Positions 12,251 through 26,505 of a stretch of DNA of 64,000 nucleotides are shown here, in pieces; within the stretch, counting starts at the first letter, position 1; each line of letters starts with the position of its first letter. Under the pieces are notes generated by a model. That model saw nothing but the letters and a program-made list of their open reading frames with translations, had not been told where the DNA came from and did not search any database. The stretch lies in assembly GCA_030390025.1 (NCBI GenBank), contig CM059446.1, positions 53,568,001 through 53,632,000 on the forward strand, given 5' to 3'. Source of the DNA: Squalus acanthias (taxonomy: Eukaryota). A program made the position numbers and the translations under genes.

Positions 12251-14309
12251 TTTGGGCTCCCCAAGCAAATCTGTTCTCTGTCTCGTGCCTTTTTTCTTCT
12301 TCTTTTGAACACAATTAAAATGCATCCATGGACAAAAAATACTTCCTCCCGTGGCCGGAAGTGGACTTGCAAGGATCTTTTCTTCATGAAGATATGGGGG
12401 AAATGGGATTTAAAGATGGAGGCAACTCCACTTTTACTCGTGGTCAAGTCGCATGAGCCCCCCCCCCCTCCTTCTGAAGGATTAGTTTTAGTAATTTCTT
12501 CAATTTATAATCTATGGCTAAAATAAAATCTACATTTCACCATCACAATGTATATTCTAGAAATAACCTACTCTATCTAGGCTTTGCTTGTCTTCCATTT
12601 TCTTTTGCTTTGTGCAGCACATTCCTTAAAGATCCTTTTCTCTCCCCCCACCCCACCCCCCAAAAAACCCCCCAAAATACTTTTTCAATAAGTATTTCTG
12701 GCTTTCTTGAAGTTTCATAAGCCCAATGCTTTGAATATAGATGCCAGGGTTTGAAGCAAAACATTCGCATTGCTTGTCCATTGTTGAACAAAAAAGAGTA
12801 CAAGACCCTTAACCTATACCCAATGGATAGATGGGCACTGGTTGGCAGTGTTAAAACACATCTTCGAACTACTTGATCAGAGATTTAAATCCCAACTCAG
12901 ATCAAGTTTCTCAAGCAATTGCATGCTCAATGACATTGGCACCTATCCGCATGGTGCGGATTGTCTGATTTGCGTAAAGCAGCTGACCCATTTCTCTTCT
13001 CATGCCAGCTGAAGATGTACCCCTGAAGGATTTGCAGAATTAGTTAAGTGATAGAAAGTTTACTCTTCTATGAACTGAATCTGATGGCACCAATGCATAG
13101 ATAAGAAAAAGCAATGGACAACAGATGATGAAATGGGTGCCATCCATTTGCTACCATGGATGCCTCAAAATAGGTACCCACTGTTGCAGATCTCAGTTGG
13201 GATGGCACGTTTCAAATGTTCTTCAATGTTGGCAAGTTCCAGTTTAGATAGCACGTTGATAGCATAACAAGAATGTATCAGCTCATCCTTAGTCTTCTCA
13301 ACATCTAAATGAAGACCATCAAATCTTGTTTGTAGATCATTTGTAATTATGAAGCTCATTGAAATGGCTTGTAATGGTGGATGTCAATCAAGGACTGATC
13401 ATTCATTAGTTACATGGAATTACCGTTGCAAGTCACTAACATTTCCTGATGTTCACAGGAATGGTATTGTAGTGGGAAGAATAGTCCATGGATCCCAATA
13501 TGGACAACTGAATATTGCAAACAACCTTCAGCTCATCAAGATTTCCATTCAGCTGCACCCAAATGATGGCCATTACCCTTCTAGACAATTCTTCACAAAC
13601 AAGAGGCAAAAAGGACAACAGTTTCCAATATTTTGAAAGTTTCCTGTTTTACCAATTATTGATCTTCCTCCCATTAAGAGAGGCTGCTCCAGATGATGAC
13701 TAGTGAACATTGGAGGAGAACTTCCAAGACAATTTTGCTCAACTGTTCATGAGAACTGTAGCATGTTGTAGCAAGACAAGTAGAAACCACATATTCTTGT
13801 GACACAAGTATTTTACTGAATATCATATGGATAGTGAAGTCGTTTTATACACAGCTACAATTGGCAACAAGTTGTTTGCAAGTGAGAACAAAAGCAGTTT
13901 TTGAAAATATTAAAAACACCATTTGCATAAGTAAATCCAGAAGGCAAGATTGGGCAGACACAATGTTTTCATTTTCTTCCCATGTACAAATTCTAACCAT
14001 ATACATTGTGTCCTTTGCATTAGCTTTGGTTTGAGGTAACAGCAAACCTTGACATTTTCTTTATAGACCAGAATCATTCAGAACCCCAAATGGTAAGCTC
14101 ATGCACCAAACCGACACGGCAAGATACTCACACCTCTCTAATCAAAGACCAAAGGCTGTTGCACCAAATATAATGTAGTCAATTTTTAACAATTCTCAGC
14201 CAATGCACTCAAATCCACGGCATGTTAACAACCATCGTAGATTGCTTTCATCTCACTACCAGGCTTAAGAGCTGAACAATATTCCAGCAAGGTCGGTTAC
14301 CAATTCCTG

Positions 14310-14432
14310 CACAAGTTGTATGTTCCTACATTACAACAGTGAGCACACTTCAAAAAAAAAGTACTTCATTGGTTGTAAAGCATTTTGGGATGTCCTGGTT
14401 ATGGAAGGCACCATACAAATTCAAGTCTTTTG
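14310..14432 (+). mobile_element. DeuSINE 3' fragment
   Basis: CTACATTACAACAGTGAG..CTTCAAAA..GTACTTCATTGG tail. Confidence 0.7.
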
Positions 14433-16109
14433 CAGTAATAATGGTCAACAAGTTGTTTGGTTCGATCTTCTCTTTCCCTCCAATAATATTCTGCTACATA
14501 CCTTTCCAAGAATTTTTGACCCCCCCCCCCCCACTCAATTGTTCTGAAATGCAGTATCAGTGATAAACCATTTCCTAAAAATTCCCCTTTGACATTGTAA
14601 GTTTTATTTGGTATGATGTGAACGATTTGTTCAGTTTTGAGCAGGGTTACCGTTTTTGGCTGTTGTATTATAACTAGGACTGCAAGCACCTGAGTAAGCC
14701 AGCATCTGTGTAGTATTACTTCCATATTATCACAGTTAACATTGTGACCTCTGAACACATTACTTGTTCAAAGCCAGTAATCCTTAAAATTTTAAACCTG
14801 CCCCAACCACAATGAATGGCAGTACTTTGTACGGATGGTATGCTTTCCTCAGGTTTTAGACAATTTAATAAATTGCAGTTTATTACACTTTTGTAGCATT
14901 GCTGCAAATGCATGGATCTCAACAAACTGCCACACAAAAACAGTTTACTACCTCACTAAGTGGTGATTCGATATAGTCCCCAAACTGGCAGGGAAAAAAC
15001 CCAAATCCTATAAAAAAGGAGGACTTTGGGGTATTGTTGCTCATGGATTCCTAAATCGGTATCTGAACAGAAAGGGTTTCCCCACTGAAGGGTCCAGCAT
15101 CTCATCCAGAATGTAAAAAAGTGTTTCTCTCCTCTTAAAATACGCATTTCTTCCCTCATCAGGAAGCTGGTAATTGCCACATTACGCATCACTGTGGGGT
15201 AAATGCAACCCTGTAGCACAGTACCACACAAGTCCCCAAGCATTTCACTCCAATTACAGGCAATATATACATATATATGTAGGCAACAAGCCAATTCACA
15301 TGAAAAATAAATCAAATCTTCTTCCCTTTCGATTAATACACACCCAAAATCCCACAAGTGAAAAGTACACAGTATAGCCACTAGAATACCCAAGGTATTT
15401 TACTATTCTACTGGTAGGATTTTTTATTATTTTCTTTACGAGCATTAATTCACATTTTGTACTCGGCATTTGCTAGGACATGTCCTATAGATACTGTCAA
15501 AAGTCATAGAACTACCAGGAAAGACAATAGCATGAATTGGTCCAAGATTAACAACTGAAGATTATAGCCATGACCAAGTCACATTCAAACACAAAAACAA
15601 AGAGAGAATCAAGATCATGTAATTCAGGATGTCAGGAGCGGTTATGGTTGTTTGGGTAGATTAATCCAACATATTTTAATTTCAGTCTTTAATGGCCTAC
15701 TGAACTTTATTGAAACAGCAGTATTCCTGAACTGCTCTCCTACAGTTCCATTTCCTCAGAAGGTAAAGCTCTATAGCGGTTTTACTACCAACCACGGGGA
15801 AAAAACATCTAGTTACTATAAAATAGGAACTGGTCACCAAAAAAGCTGCAGGTTAGCAAAACAACAAGCACAGTAAAATTAAACAAAAATAATTTGTTGA
15901 CTACAATGAGCACTGTAAAATCAACTTTGACCAAGCATTGTCAAAACGGTTACGATTAAGTAAGGATGATAAACTCTTCCATCCTCATTCACCAAGTTTG
16001 TCCTTGGGATGCTGAGGTGCACATATATAAATTATTAGCTATTCCACACCCTATACTTTCTTTTGCACCAAAGTCCTATCTATGAAAAATGTTTGAGGAA
16101 AAGTAATTT

Positions 16110-16165
16110 AAAGTAACAAGAACAAAGTACACAACCAATTAATGTTGAAATAAAATAAGTTTATT
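16110..16165 (-). terminator. Probable CTC1 polyadenylation signal and GU-rich downstream element
   Basis: AATAAA on the minus strand at 16160-16165, ~340 nt after the stop, followed by TTGGTTGTGTACTTTGTTCTTGTT. Confidence 0.7.
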
Positions 16166-16503
16166 TTCAAAAATTATACACAAATACTGAGATCAAATAG
16201 AATGATAATGAGCACCTTTAACAATCTAAATTATTCCAAGTATTAGAGAACATCAGAATGGAGTTTGATTTAAAAAAATTATAAATGGCAATTTAAAATA
16301 TTGTTTTGTAATGGCATATTGAGCAAAACTAGTCAATTTAAATCAACTTGATAAAAAGGTGTTATTCTCAACGGGCGGTGGTGCATCAATTATTTCACAG
16401 TTTGCAACACTTTTGTAAACATCCACAAAGTCAATTCTCTTGATTCAAGTGAGGGATTATTTCTTGGTCTACGGTTGCATAGTTAATGCACTCCAATAAC
16501 CAT

Positions 16504-16649
16504 CTATTGCATCAGTCTATCATTTGCCAAGTGGCAAAGCATTCGATAGTCCACTTCCTTTATGTCCAAACAAGTCAAAGACAAGGCGGGTGCCATCTTG
16601 GTGATATATTGGTGGTCTCCACATGTGACTGTCCTCAGTTGAAAGGTTT
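16504..16649 (-). CDS. CTC1: CTC1 terminal coding exon: ETFQLRTVTCGDHQYITKMAPALSLTCLDIKEVDYRMLCHLANDRLMQ*
   Basis: Pyrimidine tract plus AAG acceptor, 146 nt to TAG. Phase 1 matches the previous exon. Resembles the human C-terminus [29 protein letters not shown]. Confidence 0.92.
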
Positions 16650-19399
16650 CTTTTTAAGAAAGAGAAAATCTTGGTGTTGATATGATATTGGCATTGCAGG
16701 AACAGAACAATTATTTAAACTATACTGGCAATGTCTAGCTGACACCACACTGCATGAGGGACAAGTTCTATATTTACTTGGTAGTACGAGACAAAGGTAT
16801 TTTCTATTCTGATAGCAAACGAAAGGCAATGCTAGGTTCAATCAATACATCCAAAGGGTTATGCAGGTCAACTAATTATTTTCATAATACTCAAATATTT
16901 GAACATCTTACCTTGTATTGTGAAGTCAACACACGTATCTCAGATTATTTTGGATTTTTTACCTCGTTATTTCACACATCTTAATAGGCATATATTTTAC
17001 TGTATTTAAATTCATGACAAAGCAACACAATGAATTGAGCATGCTAAACCCTTTTTAGTTGAAGATAGTCACATTTCCAGAAAAATGTGGAATAATCACA
17101 TACCATAATATTATGATATAATGTTCTAAACACATTATGGAAACCACAATTATCTTTGCGCTGTTATCTAAGTTTGAATATTTAGGAGGAAAATGATCAG
17201 TCCAAATTACTTCTGGAAAGAAAAATAGCATTTGAACTGAACCAAAATCAGATTTGAACTCCATCTTAACTTAAACCATTGGTCTCTGCAAAGTCTAAGA
17301 TACATCATACAAATAATAAACACACAATATTTTTGCAAAGCCCCAACATCTTTTTTAGCTTCACTTGCTGAGCAATTCACCAATGTCTGAGCAATAGAAC
17401 TCAAACAAGCCAGAACTCTTCACTTATCCAGTCATGGTTAGCTGTAAATTTGCTAGATACAGTGTTACTACAGTGACATGTTAGCATCTCAATGACCACA
17501 GCACAATTTAGAAATAAGTAACTTCTGATTGAATGCTACATTGCAAGATTTACTGCAGGTCCAATATACTCTGCCAACATCTTAACCCACCAGTAATTTG
17601 CTACCTGATAGCACAAGTCAATATATTGGTACATTTTCCAGAGTATTGCTGGGTGCAAAATAAGGTGAATTTTATCTGCATTTGGCAAATTTGCCTAACA
17701 AATGCAGTATTCAGTTTATGTGTGCGCTGCTTTTTTGGAAAGGGGGGGGGGGGTTGGGGAGGGGGAGACAGAGCAGGGGATGAGGAAAGATTTTCCCCTT
17801 CAGTTTATTCCACCCCGCCCCCAAACAAAAGCAGAGATAGGAAACAATCTCTCAGAACTCTGCCAATGCTACTCTGTAACCATGGGTAAATGATGTGGAA
17901 AAAAACACCCTAGCAAGGGCATTCAATCTTGATTATCCCACCTTCCTTGTGGGGAAACGTGGCCTCCTTTGTGCTCCCTCACACCAGTACTGCTGGCATC
18001 AGGAACTCTGAGTTGAAGATCACGGATATTAACCCGATCTTATTACTCTGCAGAGTGGTACACTGATGCTCCAATGCACTAGCCACCATATCAGTGGTTC
18101 TGTTATCCTTAATCAAATAGTTTAAAAAAAATTAAAAATGGCATATGAAATGTAATTGTTCTTTCATAATTTCATCTACGCAATCATCTTTTCTCTTTAA
18201 TCTATTTAAAAACAGTAATTCAGAGGCTCTTTATGCCTTCCTCTAAGCTTTTCTACAACTAAAAAAAATCTTTTTAAAAAAGAAATCTTCAACATGACCT
18301 ACAGATTTTTAACAAGCAAGGTCTCGGTGCAGTAAATTACCTAAGTCTGCACTATTGGAGCAAGACTGCCAGGTTGACGTGCCTAAATGAGAAATGCCAC
18401 AGTAGTCAGAGTGCCAAGCCACCTGCTACTAGCTTTGTCAATTCCTACTAAACCAACCATTTTCATTTAAAAGTGATCACAGATTATTAGAAGACTGCTG
18501 GAGAGGGTGAAAATGTACTTAAACCACAGCTGCCGACTACTCTCTAGTCTCTGCAACACATAATAGGGATGACTAATTATTATTGTCAAGACTACCCCCA
18601 GGAACAGTGATTATTCTGCCTCAACAACTGTCATTATTTGAGCCCCCAAGATTATAGTAGTTTCAGCTGTCATTCTTCCATGACTAACGCATATTAAAAA
18701 TACATTTACATTTTTTTTTTTAAATGTCTGGATCTGAAAGTTGACCAATATTGATCAGACTGATATCAGAAGACTGATATAAAGAATTCATTCAACAGAA
18801 GTCCCATTTCCTCATCCCTTATAATTCTACCAACTTATCCTTTAAAGGAGAACCTATCTGGTCTTCAATACTCCATACATAACTAATGCATCTCTTTGGA
18901 TTTTGCTTGCTACCAACTACCAATCACTCCATTTTCTCTACTTCTCACATTCCTTTTAGTTACTGTCAATTGACAGTACAATTCCCAATCTAAACTCATT
19001 TAATGTTTCCTTGTATATCGTTTAACATGCTTCTACGTGGACCTCAGGTTACTTTTCAGCTGCTTAGTCAGCCACTCTAGTCTTGTACTTTAGAAGGGCA
19101 TGAGGAAAAGGCCAACAAATAAGATTAAGTGGCAGCTCTTTCAGAGAGATGGTACAGGCCGAATGGGTCAAATGGCCTCCTCTGTACTATGAAATTCTAT
19201 GGTCTCGTGCTTCTCCTTTCTCCCTCCCATAATGTGGTCTTCAATCTAATTCCTCTTCATTTCTTGTTTCATTTCCCATTTATTCTTTTCATAGCTCCAA
19301 AATGTACTTGTCTGGAGTCCAGTACAACGCTAAATTAAACTTAAGACTTTCCATTGAAATGGGATACAGTAACTGACCTTAAGTGCAACATATTTTAAG

Positions 19400-19970
19400 A
19401 AATAGGGGAAAGGAGTAGAAGACTAAAGTAGCAATGTGTACAAAACATTGGTTAGGCTAGTTAGCGTAGAGTTTTGGGTGCTTCATTATAGAAAAGGCAT
19501 TAAAGCCAGAGCTTGCAGGATAGCAGAGATCGGAAATTACAATTATGAGGACAGACTTGAGATAATGGGACAAGTTCCACTGGAGCCGAGAAGACAGAGG
19601 AGATTTAATCGAGGTTTTTAGAATTATGAGCTTTGGTAGAATGAATAAAAACAATCTTCTCTTTTTGGGGAGTCAGTGAAGAATGGACATGAGTTTAAAA
19701 TTAAGACAGAGAGGATGTATGGTTAAGAGCAACTTCTTCACACATAGCATTGTTGGAACATGGAATGCTTTGCCACAGGGAGCAGTTGAGGCAAAGACCA
19801 TTGTTCCTTTTAAGGAAAAACTGAATAAAATAGCAGAGAAAGATACAAGGCTTTGGAGAGACAGCAGGGTAGTGAAATTAGTTTTAGATTGTTTTACCAA
19901 AGAGCGAACACAGACACAATGGGATGAATAGCCTCCTTCTGTGTTGTAAATATATCTGATTCTATGGTAT
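19400..19970 (+). mobile_element. CR1 LINE 3' fragment
   Basis: Translated remnants YEDRLE and NFFTHSIVGTWNALP; CR1 tail. Confidence 0.8.
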
Positions 19971-21344
19971 GTGATCTTGCTAACGTACACTTAGATAATG
20001 CATAGCGGTAATGTGCAACATCAGTGTAAAGGAATACACTCAAAGTAATTAATGTAATGTAATTTGATAATTGACTTCAGAACTGAATTTGTTTTGAGGA
20101 AATAACTGAAGATTCAAGCTGCAAGTTAATAACCTTTGAACTTACGACAGAGAAAGTGGGTTACTGCCAAGTTACGAGTATTATTGCAAGGGTCCACTGT
20201 ACTAGAAATAGTCAATTCCCTCATGACAGTGCGATAATATTGACTACATTATAGGAGTTTTAAAGTGAAAACCAAGGAAAATGTTTCAAATAGGGGCATC
20301 ACTTTCAAACTATAACAACTCAAAGTATATTTATATTTGTGGTTCTAGAGTCATACTATAAATAATAATTAGAAGGTAATGGGTTCTAATTAAAACTAAA
20401 TTAACCAAGCTATTTGTAATAATAGTACACAGCTACAATTTTGAACTGAAATGCAACAATGCCACGCCAATGGAACTGACAATACACCACTGCAAGAGAA
20501 ATCGGGTGGTCTCAAATTTCAGAGGAGCTTGATGGTTCACCAGCTAATCTGCTCCTAGTCTAGAGCGATGCCTCCTTTAAACCAGGCTTTTGAAGCGAGA
20601 AACAAATATTATTCAATTCTGACCTTTAATAATATTGCAATGCAACATTTACAAGCACTACACTATCCTTTCCCAGCATCTTGGGGAAACAATTAGAAGT
20701 ATTTCTCAAGTGGGTGGGGGATGGGCTGTGGGTTAAAGAACTGTGACAAAGAGAAAGAATGAAGAGTTCCAAGGTCAAAAATGAGACTTTTTTCTGAACC
20801 AAGCAAAATGAAAGCAGCTAGCACAAGGTAGATAAAATGAACAAAGGAAAGATGAAAATAAATTTAAAAATAAGGGGAAAAAAGGAGTACAAAATAAGTA
20901 AATGGACTGAAGAGGAGGTGTACAGGGGACAGTCTTTGAGATTTAAATCAATTATCTGATTGTCATTGCAGGGACATCCAAGGGGGTCATGTTCAGCCTC
21001 TGAGCTGCCCTAGCTGTCGGGATACTTGATGTCAACTCAGCTGGAGCAACTAATGGCATCAAAACACCCAGTCACAAGACTCCTGCCACATAGGAGCAGC
21101 TCTCACCCACTCTGGAGGTGGGAGCTGTATTAAAGAGATGCTACAGAAACAGGGTCCAAGTCTTAAGTGAGGGTGCATCCAACCAATGCTAGAGACTGGG
21201 AATGCTATCCCAAGACAAGAGGTTGCGTTGCCAAAGCTAATCAACAGATGATAATGGGTTGACATGACTCACATCTACAAAGCTTTGGAAATAGTCACTT
21301 TTTTGGAGGGGTGAAATATAGAAAACAGTGAGAACTCCATTTTG

Positions 21345-21815
21345 TCCTATGAGCTCAGGGATGAGGGACTTCAGTTATGTGGATAGACTAGAGAAGCTGG
21401 GGTTGTTCTCCTTAGAGCAGAGAAGGTTGAGAGGATATTTGATAGAGGTGTTCAAAATCATGAGGGGTCTGGACAGAGTAGATAGAAAGAAACTGTTCCC
21501 TTTGGCAGAAGGGTCGAGAACCAGAGGACACAGATTTAAGGTGATTGGCAGAAGAACCAAAAGGCAACATGAGGAAAACTTTTTTACGTACCAAGTGGTT
21601 AGGATCTGGAATGTGCTGCCTAAAAGGGTGGTGGTGGCAGACTCAATCATGGCTTTCAAAAGGGAATTGGATAAGTACCTGAAGGAAAAAAAATTGCAAG
21701 GCTACGGGGAAAGGGCAGGGGAGTGGGACTAGCTGAAGTGCTCTTGCAGAGAGCCTGCATGGGCTTGACAGGCTGAAGGGCCTCCTGCTGCGCTGTAACC
21801 ATTCTGTGATTCTAT
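21345..21815 (+). mobile_element. CR1 LINE 3' fragment (ORF2 C-terminus)
   Basis: SYVDRLEKLGLFSLEQRRLRGYLIEVFKIMRG..VVRIWNVLP is the typical CR1 ORF2 C-terminus. Confidence 0.9.
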
Positions 21816-23369
21816 AATTATGAGTGATAGCACCAGTTGGTGCAAGAAAATCACCCATTCATGTTCACATCAGGAAACGGGTGAAGCCAATCCATTCCAA
21901 GGTGATTGGAGTCAGTCATAAAGCATGCTAGGCCAACATCAACAAACTCAACCAGTGCCACACTAATTTAAAATAGATGTCCAGCTTCTTTTTCTTGGCC
22001 CATCATCCTTCTCACTACGAGACAACACAAGATTGTCTAGGACAGATTGCATAATGGCATCATGTGGACTGGCAGTGCCAACTGGCGAGAGGAACAGCCA
22101 ATGCTAAGTAGGCATTTGTGATGAGGTTTTCAAAGAGATCCACTGAAGGCAATCCTTGTTGATTGAGAAACCAAGGCAAAAATGATACAAATTAGCATTA
22201 TACTTGAATGGGAGACATCTGATGCACTGATCATTCCTATCAGCAACCATCAACGTTCCAGTTCATTTGCTTCAGGTACAAGCACTGCATTAAGACTCCA
22301 CATTCACAAATCATCACAGCCGAAACTGTTTGGAACCCAAGAAATATTATCTAGCACTGGTAGGTTGAATGCCGGCAACCAAAAAGTTGCAACATCACAT
22401 GTATGTGGTAAATTGCATCAGAGAGAATGAAACAAATCATGCTAACCACAACATAGGCAAAACTAACTTCAATCAACAAAAGCAATTGCAAAACAGATGT
22501 TCTTGTCTCATCTCAGGACGATTTTCCATATATACTGCACGGGGCGAGGTCACATACAATATTATATTAAAGGTCTTAAAAGGAAGTTGTAGTTGTAAAT
22601 TCTCTCCCCTCCCCCACCTCCACGCTGGTCTACTCTAGTTGCGAAGACGCCAAGACAAAAGTATAAAGTGCAAAATAAAGCCAAAAGAAAAAAAACCACC
22701 GAGTTCAAAGTCTGCTAATTGACTTCTATTATAGTCAAATTTGTTCCCGATGTAAGTCATAACTCACCATTAAGAAAGGCAGACTTAAGCTGAGCACTTA
22801 AATGGTTTATAAATTTTACTCAGCTCCTCCGATGTCCCAGCAGGTAAAGTTACCACCCAGAATAGCACAACCCATACAGATCAGCAAGTTCTGGTTTTGA
22901 ATGCCAGTCTATGGTGAGTTAGCTGATCTGCTGCAGCAGTAGCAATGCTACAAATGGCATAAAGGAGAATAAAATCAGGTAGGGCTTCCTCTCCATGTCG
23001 ATACTCTGTGACCCCTTCTGTAAAATGCATGTGTGCATATCTTGTGACAGAATTGGGTGAACAGCCCATCATCATTCGCTATATAGGCTCATGCATGAAG
23101 AATGGATACTTGTAAAGTACCAGAAGACTGTCAGCATTTTGGAACCAAAACTTAGGAAGAGTCAGTGGCTTCAGGAGAAAAGGAGGGGAGAAAATTGGAG
23201 AAACAAATCTGCTCAATTCACCCCCTTTAAAAAACATTCAGATATAGAGGGCTGGATTGTAATTGGGTTGTGCAAAAGACCACCAGCAACAGGCTTTTGG
23301 TTAGTTCTTTTCCAAGTGTTTTTTTGAGCAGATAAAGCTCTCTTGTAAAATATTTTCTTTTTCCACGAT

Positions 23370-24210
23370 GTCTACCAAATCAGACACAGCGCATGGTCGT
23401 GAATTAGCAAGGATGTAGAGAATGTAGATATGATGCATACGGACTTCCAAATAAGAGACTTACTGCAAAAATTAAGACCTAATGGTATCAGAAGGGAAGG
23501 GCGAAGGAGAGGAAGCAGACAACAGGAATCAACAGATTTTTCTTGCATTACAGTTAGTGGCAAGCCCAGGGATCTCCATTAGGATCTTGTTCTCCATATA
23601 CACAAGTGATTTGACACAGCAAACTGTGAGGAAGAATGCAGGAGACTACACAAGGGCAGTGGGTAGATAAGTGGAAAATACAGTTCCAGATAAATAAATG
23701 TGAAGCAGTACATTTTGGGGAAAAGAGGCTGGAAATATATTTTGAATGGTATGGTTCTCAATGGAGTGGAGAACAGAGATCCAGAGGTACAGATACGCAG
23801 ATCTTAAAAATGGGACTGCATGTAGAAGAAGCCACATAAAAAGGCAAATGTGATTCTGGGTTTTGAAATACCAAAGCAAGGAAGTGATGTTGAATCTGTC
23901 CAATATATTGGTTAGATCACAGTTAAAGAATTTGGTCGCTCCGTTATTGAAAGGATATTGCAGCCATGGAAAAGATACAATATAGATTCACTAGAATGAC
24001 ATCAGGGCTGGCAGAATATGTAGTTACAATGAGAGTTAAAAGGCTAGAGCCATACTGCTCACAGGAGCAGAGAAGGCCAAGGAGAAGATCAAATAGAAAA
24101 TGTTCTAAATTATTTATCCTGTCAAAATCTTTCATGTTGAAAAACTATTTCTAATGGTCGTTGAATCAGTAACAAGGGGGCATAAACGCAAAATTAGTAC
24201 TAGAAACAGA
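23370..24210 (+). mobile_element. CR1 LINE fragment, degenerate
   Basis: WVDKWKIQFQINKCEAVHFG and MEKIQYRFTRM remnants. Confidence 0.75.
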
Positions 24211-24267
24211 CAAGAGCGCTGAATTGTTTTTTCCTGCACAAAGAGCTAACAGAAAGTAACTGAAGCC

Positions 24268-24720
24268 AGTGGGTCAGCTTGGCTCAGCTGGCAGCATTCT
24301 TGCCTCAGGTTGTAGGTTCAAGACTCTCTTCAGGATTTGAGTACATAATCTAAGCTGACACTCCAGTGCAGTGCCAAGGAAGTGCTGCATTGTCAGAGGC
24401 TTTATCCTTGGGTTGACACATTAAGCCGAGGCTCAGTCTGCTGGTTCAGGTGGACATTAAAGACCTTATGGCGCTATTAGAAAAAGAGCAAGGAGTTCTC
24501 CTGGTGTCCAGCCAACATTACTACCTCAACCAACACCACCAAAATCAAATAACAGGTCATTCATTTCATTGCTATTTGTGATATCTTGCTGAGCGCAAAA
24601 TGGTTGTTGCATTTGTCTACATAACAGTGACTGCTCTTCAAAAGATAATTGATTGTACATGAAGCACCTAGATAGGAGAGATATGATAATCTGCTCTATA
24701 AACTTGTCTTTTTCTTTCAA
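24268..24720 (+). mobile_element. DeuSINE (SacSINE1-like), near full length
   Basis: tRNA-like head TGGCTCAGCTGG..GGTTCAAG, Deu-like core and L2-like tail. Confidence 0.8.
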
Positions 24721-25284
24721 GTCAATCGTCAGTTAAGGGAGAATTAGAAAATACAAGAATGCTGCATTAAAAAGGTACAGGGAATGAACATGCAAATTAC
24801 ATTAGACAGATCCTGCAGAGAAGTTAGCACTGGCACAAGCACAATGCACCAAAAGGCTTCCTTCCGTATCAAGCTTTCTACAATTCTATCAAAGGACAGG
24901 CAGGAAACCTGCTCCCATACCTCCAATTGTGCCATTCGCTAAGATTTTCCCTCCCAGGAAAACACCTGGCCACCTCAGTGGGCATTCTCCAGCAACATGT
25001 CCAAGATCCAGAACTCAGCACAAACCCACAATCCAAAATCTCTGGTGTCATATTTTTGCTCCAATGCACTGCACCATCACATAGTAACTTTTGGGCTATC
25101 AATTCTATTCTGTTGTCATCTCAAGTTCCAGTGGGTACGGACTTACTCCTAAGGAAGAAAATATAACTACCAGCCATACAATTTTGATGGTTTAAATTTA
25201 GTCAGTAAAACAAGCCCTGGACTTATTCTAAACCACAGCAATGAAAGTTGCTTCCCTCCCCAAATGTTAAAATTGAGGCATTGG

Positions 25285-26150
25285 AGGACCAGCAGCCAAG
25301 GTAGGTCAGCGAACACAGTGGTGATGGGTGAATGGGACTTGGTGCGAGTTAAGCTAACGGCAGAACTTTGGAGGAGTTCAATTTTATAGAGGATGGAAGA
25401 TGGGAGGCCAGCCAGATCATCATTGGAATAGTTAAGTCTGGAGGCAACAAAAGCATGAATAAGGGTTTCAGCAGCAGATGGTTTGATGCAGAGACGGGCA
25501 ATATTCTAGAGGTGGAAATCGGCAGTCTTTGTGATGGAGAACATATGGGTCAAATACGATGCTGAGGTTGCAAACAGTTTGGTTCAGCCTAAGACAGTGG
25601 CCAGGGAGGAGGATGCCTTCAGTGGCAGGGGAACGGAGCTTGTGGGAGGGCCCTTGAGCAATTGCTTCAGTTTTCCCAATGTTTAATTGGAGGAAATTTT
25701 GGCTAATCCAAGACTGAATGTCAGACAAGCAGCCTGATGACAGAGAGGCAGTGAAGCGGTTGAGAGGTGGGGTGAGGGAGCTGGGCATCGTCAGCATACA
25801 TGTGGAACCTGACTTCATGCCTTCGGATGATGTTGCCGAGGGGCAGCATGTAGATGAAAAATAGGAGGGGACCAAGGATAGATCCTTGGGGGATTCCAGA
25901 GTTAATGATGTGGGGTGGGAAAAGAAGCAATTACAGCAGAGTCCCTGGCTACGACTGATAGGCAAGAGTAAAACCAGGTGAGGGCAGTCCTATTCAGCCG
26001 GACAATGGAGGAGAGGCATTGGAGGAGGAAGGTGTGATGAACCGTGTCAAAGGCTGCTGACAGGTTGAGAAGGATGAGGAGGGATAGTGCACCAGTCACA
26101 GTGGATGTCATTTGTGACTTTGATTAGGGCCGTTTCAGTGCTGTAGCAGG
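25285..26150 (-). mobile_element. L2 LINE RT fragment
   Basis: [28 protein letters not shown] and NFLQLNIGKTE across frameshifts. Confidence 0.9.
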
Positions 26151-26155
26151 GGTAG

Positions 26156-26505
26156 GCACCTTAGTGCAGTACTGAGGGAGTGCTGCACTGTCAGAGGTGC
26201 CTTGTTTCCGATGAGATTTTAAACCAAATCTGTCTGCCTTCTCAGGTGGAAGTAAAGTTGCACTATCCTACAAAGAGCATGAGAGTTCTGTGTCCTGGCC
26301 AACATTTATCCCTGAATCCATATCACTAAAATAGAATATCTGGTCAATTATTTCATTGCTGTTTGTGGGAGCCTGCTGTGAGCAAATTGGCTGTGTGGCC
26401 AACAGTGACTATACTTCAAAAGTAATTAATTGGCTGTGAAGCGCTTTGGGATGTCCAGAGGTCATGAAAAGCGCAATATAAATACATACAAGTTCTTTCC
26501 TTCTT
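26156..26505 (+). mobile_element. DeuSINE, 5'-truncated
   Basis: AGTGCAGTACTGAGGGAGTGCTGCACTGTC core plus tail. Confidence 0.8.

Noticed and set aside
14934-14955. Minus-strand TGAGGTAGTAAACTG resembles let-7/miR-98
   Set aside because: Only the first 11 nt match and there is no complementary 3' arm downstream, so no precursor hairpin.
17741-17766. G-run/G-quadruplex-like tracts (also 29136-29160 and 44970-44999)
   Set aside because: Homopolymer G/C runs recur throughout this window with no specific context.
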